Assembly (NCBI GenBank): GCA_964016885.1
Contig: OZ024742.1
Location: forward strand, 109,120,001 to 109,184,000
DNA length: 64,000 bases
Origin: Eledone cirrhosa
Taxonomy: Eukaryota
Reading direction: 5' to 3'
The position numbers and the translations under genes were made by a program. Under the pieces are notes generated by a model. It was not told the DNA's origin. It made no database searches and saw only the letters and a program-made list of their open reading frames with translations. Positions 58,319 to 64,000 of this stretch are shown piece after piece. Each line of letters begins with the position of its first letter. Position 1 is the first letter of the stretch.

Positions 58319-58402
<84 letters not shown>

Positions 58403-58692
58403 AAGTAAATGGAAACAACAAAGCAAAGGATACAGTACAACGAAAAAATATACATATTAGTTTAACGCTTGTAATAGTAGGAAAATAGTCTTTACGTTTC
58501 TGACACTAATTCTTCAATCAGAAGATAGAATGAAAAATATAAAATAAATAAAAAGATAGATTGAGAAAAGGAACGAAAAATTTTCTTTCAGAAAAAGCAT
58601 GTGTATCCAGTCAGCTATTTTGGACACACACACACACACACACAGACACACACGGGCACAGACACACCGACACACACGGGCACAGACACACC

Positions 58693-58799
<107 letters not shown>

Positions 58800-59016
58800 G
58801 CAAATATATATATAACCAAAGTTTATATGGTTCGTTGATTATTCAACGAATACAATTTTACAATAGATTAAAAGCACTCGACAAATATATTTTTCTTCTC
58901 TAAGTTTATCATATTATTTGTGGTATAAAAACGTTGAGGGTTGGTGAAATAAATCACTGCCACTATGAGAATTGAATAATCAAAACCGTAGCGGTATGTC
59001 GCATATCCAATCTGTC

Positions 59017-59085
59017 ATATATTTTATCTGATGAAAACGTACTTAAACACTATTGTACCTTTGAAATATGTATACTAAAATATAT
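59017..59085 (+). ncRNA. Hammerhead ribozyme candidate
   Basis: atatatttta(t)-CTGATGA-aaacgtac..gtaccttt-GAAAT-atgt-ATA-(c)taaaatatat; 10-bp stem I. Confidence 0.55.
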
Positions 59086-59972
59086 ATTTTGGTTATGAGA
59101 ATATTTTTCATTTATTAATATTTTGAATTATATAGATAGATATATAGATAGATATATGTTACAGCTCAAAACTGTGTAAGTTTTGCTCTCCTCCTACGAA
59201 GTTTAATCTCATACGAGGTTTCTAATGCCTTTTAATGATACGGTTCCTAGTTTTATCATACTGTTTTTACAACTCACACTTGTTTAAGTTTAGCTAGCCT
59301 CCTACAGATACCATCTGATAGGAGGTTTCTTGGGTGTTTCAATTATAGGGACTCCTATCCTAACATGAAATGCAACGTGATATGAAGCATCTTGCTAAAA
59401 TATCCAATGCACTGTCCGATCGAAGAATCGAATCGATAATCTTATGATCGTGAGAATCCAACTCCCCTAATCACTAGGCTATGCGCCTTCTAGACAAGCA
59501 GCAGTAGACGTGGGCAGCCTTTGGCAATGGTATTTCTGTGATGTCTTGGACAGCTGTGGTAATTGTTGTTGCAGTCTTGGACAGCAGTGGAAGTTGTGGT
59601 TTGTTGTTATTGTCTTGGACAGCTATGGGAGTTTTGGGTTGATTGTTTGGCAGGAGGTATGGTTACCAGAGTTACTGGACTAAAATGCCACAGAAATCTT
59701 TAATTAATTCCTTAGCAACGCAAAACAAAAAAATGGCAAAATGATAAATAAATAAAAAAAATAAGCAAACAAGCCCATACCTCACCCCATCCCAAACAAA
59801 ATCAGGTAAAATAAATGAAAGCCTTCGTAGACTGGCAACACTAGAATTGATTGGTGCAATTCTACCATTCATCCATTATTCCAATATTCCATCCAAGGTA
59901 AAGATCACGATTCTAGCAGCAGTCTTCGAGCTACATAAACATGTTTTACTTATTTGTTTCTATTCTTTCCAT

Positions 59973-60022
<50 letters not shown>

Positions 60023-60077
60023 GTGAGGTTTTTTTTACAAAATGAAAAATAACCGAGGTGTCCTACACGAGTGAAAG

Positions 60078-60408
60078 TATAAAGAAAAAGAGATGAAATC
60101 GAAAATGCAACTGGAGTCTTATTTTTTTTTAAAATATATATATTTATTTGGTTCCTTTACCGGTTTCGCAGTTCTTCTGCTTTTCAAAAGGTGAGTTGAG
60201 ATGGAGGGTCTGTGGTTTTTCTCACATCTGGTTGGTCTCTGAATGTTACTTGTTTTATATGGAAAAAGTGAGAAAAACCACAGACCCTCCATCTCAACTC
60301 ACCTTTTGAAAAGCAGAAGAACTGCGAAACCGGTAAAGGAACCAAATAAATATATATATTTAAAAAAAAAATAAGACTCCAGTTGCATTTTCGATTTCAT
60401 CTCTTTTT

Positions 60409-60415
<7 letters not shown>
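60078..60415. repeat. Fold-back element with about 148-bp near-perfect arms and a 42-nt loop, between (TA)n tracts
   Basis: Arms 60078-60225 and 60268-60415; one mismatch seen. Confidence 0.92.
60302..60339 (+). ncRNA. Minimal variant hammerhead (mirror copy at 60154-60191 on the minus strand)
   Basis: cctt-TTGAAAA-gcag-aagaa-ctgc-GAAA-ccg-GTA-aagg; palindromic accggt stem III typical of dimer-acting Penelope-associated hammerheads. Confidence 0.55.
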
Positions 60416-60452
<37 letters not shown>

Positions 60453-60457
<5 letters not shown>

Positions 60458-60993
60458 TAAAAAGGAAAAGAAGATGTTGTCAAATTTTTCCCAGTGAAAA
60501 ATAGTTTAATTAGGAATAAGTACAAATTAGTAATAAGTATTAGTTAGTATTCAGTTTTAGTTTTAAGATTTTACCGGTTGCGCATTTCAAAAATAATTTT
60601 GAGATAGAGTGCTCGTGATTTTTGCTCTAGTCTGATCAGTTTTGGAAACTTTTCCTGTTTTATGTGAAAAAAGTGGCTTGGGAGGTATTAAAATTTGGTT
60701 GGTTGTTGAATGTCACGTGAATAAGCAGTATAAATTTCGCGCCAATTGTTGCAAAAATTCTTGTAGTCAACACAATTTTGATTGGTCGGTAGAAGTCACG
60801 TGAATGTTTAAATTGATTTCAGCGCGAACTGGTTTCGCGCCAAATGTAGGTTTGTCGAAGAGTGTCCTTTTCAAGAGCTGAAATATATGTTTCAACATGT
60901 TAAAATAACCCCCCCCCCCTCACACACACACACGTACACACACATTCCTACTGACCGATTCAGTTCCATTATCACAACAATGAACCACTTTGC

Positions 60994-61086
<93 letters not shown>

Positions 61087-61556
61087 TTTTCTTAATAGAC
61101 ACCTGAACTGTTGACCTCTCAACATGACTGCAACTCAATCAAGCGGAAAAGGACACTCTTCGACAAACCTACATTTGGCGTGAAACAAGTACGCGCTAAA
61201 ATCAATTTAAACCTTCACGTGACTTATATCCAATCAATCAAAATTGTTTTGACTACAAGAATTTTTGCAACAATTGGCGCGAAATTTATACTGCTTATTC
61301 ACGTGACATTCAACAACCAACCAAATTTTAATACCTCCCAAGCCACTTTTTTCACATAAAACAGGAAGAATTTCCAAAACTGATCAGATTAGAGCAAAAA
61401 TCACGAGCACTCTATCTCAAAATTATTTTTGAAATGCGCAACCGGTAAAAACTTAAAACTAAAACTGAATACTAACTAATACTTATTACTAATTTATACT
61501 TATTCCTATTTTTCACTGGGAAAATTTGTCAGCATTTTCTTTTCCTTTTTACTAAT
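60453..61556. mobile_element. Fold-back/MITE-like element with about 415-bp inverted arms around a (CA)n-containing spacer
   Basis: Arms 60453-60872 and 61146-61556, roughly 90-95% complementary; TA flanks. Confidence 0.85.
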
Positions 61557-61700
61557 ATATCACAACTCGTGTGTCACACCTCTATTTTTTAAAATATATA
61601 TATATATAAATGTATTGTGTATCTATATACATATTATATAAACACACGCACATATTTATAAAGAGAGGGAGAGAAAGAGAAAGAAAGAGATAGATAGATG

Positions 61701-64000
61701 AATTTCTTTATTAGCCACAAGGGCACAAAAGAAGGGGACAAATACAAATGGGGAGTTTACATACAGGTATATGAAAATAAAACTATTAATAAAATAACAA
61801 ATAACACCTTGGCCAAAATCTGTAACTCTGTGTTGAGCAGAGTTATGGGCCGGAAGTTGCCTATGTCATCCCCCTTATTCTCGTCCTTCCTGACTAGCGT
61901 GACTACGCCCTTGGTCACAGAACTGGGAATTCTCCCGTTTCTGCTGCCAGTTGCAGTAGACCGCTTCCAGGAGAACAGAGAACAAGTCCGGCATTGCTAC
62001 GTAACATTCGTAGGGTAGACCGTCGAGACCTGGAGATTTGCGTTTGCCGCATTGGCTGAGCGCGTCCCCTATCTCAGCGGCTGAAATCGGCCTTTCCCAG
62101 AACATCGCCTCGCTGTCCGAGATCCACGGCAGGCCGTCGAGGTATGGACCGAAATCCATAGCCCCTCCCGGTGTGCCGCCCTGCCCGAACAGTTGAGCAA
62201 AGTGCCGCTGAAAGGCCGTGCACATCTGCTTCGGCTTATGTATCACGCGTCCGTCTTGGTCCTTCAAAGACCGAATTATGGACTTGTTGCCACTTTTCGC
62301 CTCCGTCACTCGGGCCCAGCTAACAGCTTTGGCTTCCTCGTTTCCCAGAGCACGTATTTTGCTTCTGACAACGCAGCCTTCGTGCTTTGCGTCGAAGAAC
62401 TGGTCCAAGGCCGTTCTCGTCGCTAGCACGCTGGCTATGTTGCCACTCATAAGTGCCTCTTCTACTTTATCTGCCAGTTCCTTTTCGGTCTTATTTCTAT
62501 CTAATGCTAATTCTTTACTAAAACCTATCGAGTCTAATCTAATTGCCCTCTTGAGAGAGTACCACCATCTGTTGTTGAAAATGGCCCCCGTCAAGTGCTG
62601 CTTAACTAAAGTGCTAATCCGTCTACTGTAGGCTTTGCATGTCGGTAACGACAAGTTCAGCTTCCAGTAGCTGGGTCCCTGTCTATGGGTTTTGTCAAGG
62701 TTGACTAAGCAGGTCACTAATTTGTGATCTGAATAGGCAACCATGAACATTTGTGGGCAGCTTAACATGTCCCTATCCTTCTTTCTAACTAGAACCCTAT
62801 CTAGGTACGATCTAGATGTTCCGCTGCGATTAGTCCACGTCCACAGTGGCACAGTCGGAAAATCTAGTCGATATCTATCGGCCAGGTCAAATCGGCCGAT
62901 TAACTGCTTGAGGCTGTTACACCCCCTTTATCGGAACATGCTCCCACATAATCCCAACGTGCATCTCGGATTCCATTTCAGTCCCCCACTAAAAGCAAAG
63001 AGCGGGACGTTCCCAGAAAAGTCTCTAGACGCTTGAAGAAGTCTGGCCGCGGAGTCCCGGATGGGGCTTATGTTGCCACCAGCCTGAAGGCTCCACCTTC
63101 ACTACCGTCAACGTCTAGAACCACCAGTCGACCCTCCGGGTCCAGATGTATCGTCTGTGTTGCGAGGCCCAGGTGTTTCCTCAGCAAAACGGCAACCCCA
63201 CCCCCAGCTCCCGGCTGACATAGAGATGCGTAGATCTCATAGTCATCTAAGATGGGAGCAAGCTGTCGCTCGCTGTGTCGTTTCTGGCGGGTGGGGACGG
63301 ATATGTTTGGTGGGGAGGGGGTGTTTGGTGGGGAAACATTTTAAAAGGACGCAGTTAATGGGTTTAACACAAGGATTACCCACGTCCTTAGGAAAGTTTT
63401 CCTTTAAAGACTTATAGGTGTCCGTAGGGACCCTAACATCTTTAAATTAGGTCTGTCGGCACAGTTCGAAAAAATTTCGGGGGAGATGAGCTCCATTAAA
63501 GTTTTGTTTTCACTGTTTATGAATGTGTAATGTTCTTGTTGTGTTATGTTGGTTTTTGTCTGTTGTTCTTGTGTGAGCTTTCGTTTTGTTGTAGGTGTTT
63601 GTGTTTGGAGTGATGTCGTGGTTTTGTTTTCGGGACGGAGGGTTTGTTGTTCATTTTGTAGGTTTCTTTTTATGGTGGGCATTTGTGTTTGGGGTGGTGT
63701 TGGTGTTTGTTTTTCTGGTAGCGGGGGGGAGGCGTTAATTGTGGTGGTGTTTGTGTTGTTATTTGTGTTGGTGGTTGTGTGTTTGTGTTGGTGATTGTTG
63801 TTTTTGTGGCTTTGTGGTGTCTCCTTTTTTGTTTTTTTTGATTTACGAGGCCCTCCTTCATCTTCACTTGGGGATGGAGACGTCTGGTGATGAATCGTCA
63901 TCAGGGGCGTGTAGGAGGGGTATGTTGTGTGGTGATGATGTGTTTGTGTGTGTGATTGTGGTAGTGTTGGATAGAGTGGGATGGGTGGGACTGTGTTTTT
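61701..64000 (-). mobile_element. Decayed Tx1-like LINE (ORF1 C-terminus, endonuclease to start of RT, deletion to 3' end); runs off the window
   Basis: ORF 61875-62852 (WTWTNR..YLDR..SDH..YWKLN..KSPGLDGLPYE); 3' end gcccttgtggctaataaagaaattc at 61700-61725; T/Q-rich ORF1 remnant 63404-63901. Confidence 0.88.

Noticed and set aside
59500-59950. Possible minus-strand exons with short gctgtccaagac repeats
   Set aside because: All frames are interrupted by stops after the candidate acceptors.

Overview
AT-rich, microsatellite-dense eukaryotic DNA. The repeat content suggests a coleoid cephalopod such as Octopus; this is inference, not verified. No host gene is confidently identifiable, only two or three weak exon candidates. 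The window is dominated by non-LTR retroelements. It holds two full-length, intact L1-superfamily Tx1-like LINEs in a 6315-bp tandem (ORF1 with a CCHC knuckle; ORF2 with APE endonuclease, RT and zinc finger) and about seven decayed Tx1 fragments. It also has R4/Dong-like RLE retrotransposons of two families, fragments of CRE, CR1, RTE and Penelope-like (GIY-YIG) elements, tRNA-derived SINEs and large tandem repeats. Main observations: (1) Tx1 elements, R4/Dong elements and a SINE pile into the same (ATT)n microsatellites, with Tx1 and the SINE on one strand and R4/Dong on the other; (2) the SINE shares its 3' end with Tx1; (3) a putative 53-nt GT-AG intron would fuse Tx1 ORF1 in frame to ORF2; (4) the tandem Tx1 pair is mosaic, identical in the 5' part and diverged in the 3' part; (5) several hammerhead-ribozyme-like motifs, some inside fold-back elements, sit beside (TA)n tracts. 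All family calls come from motif recognition by eye; no database search or folding program was run.
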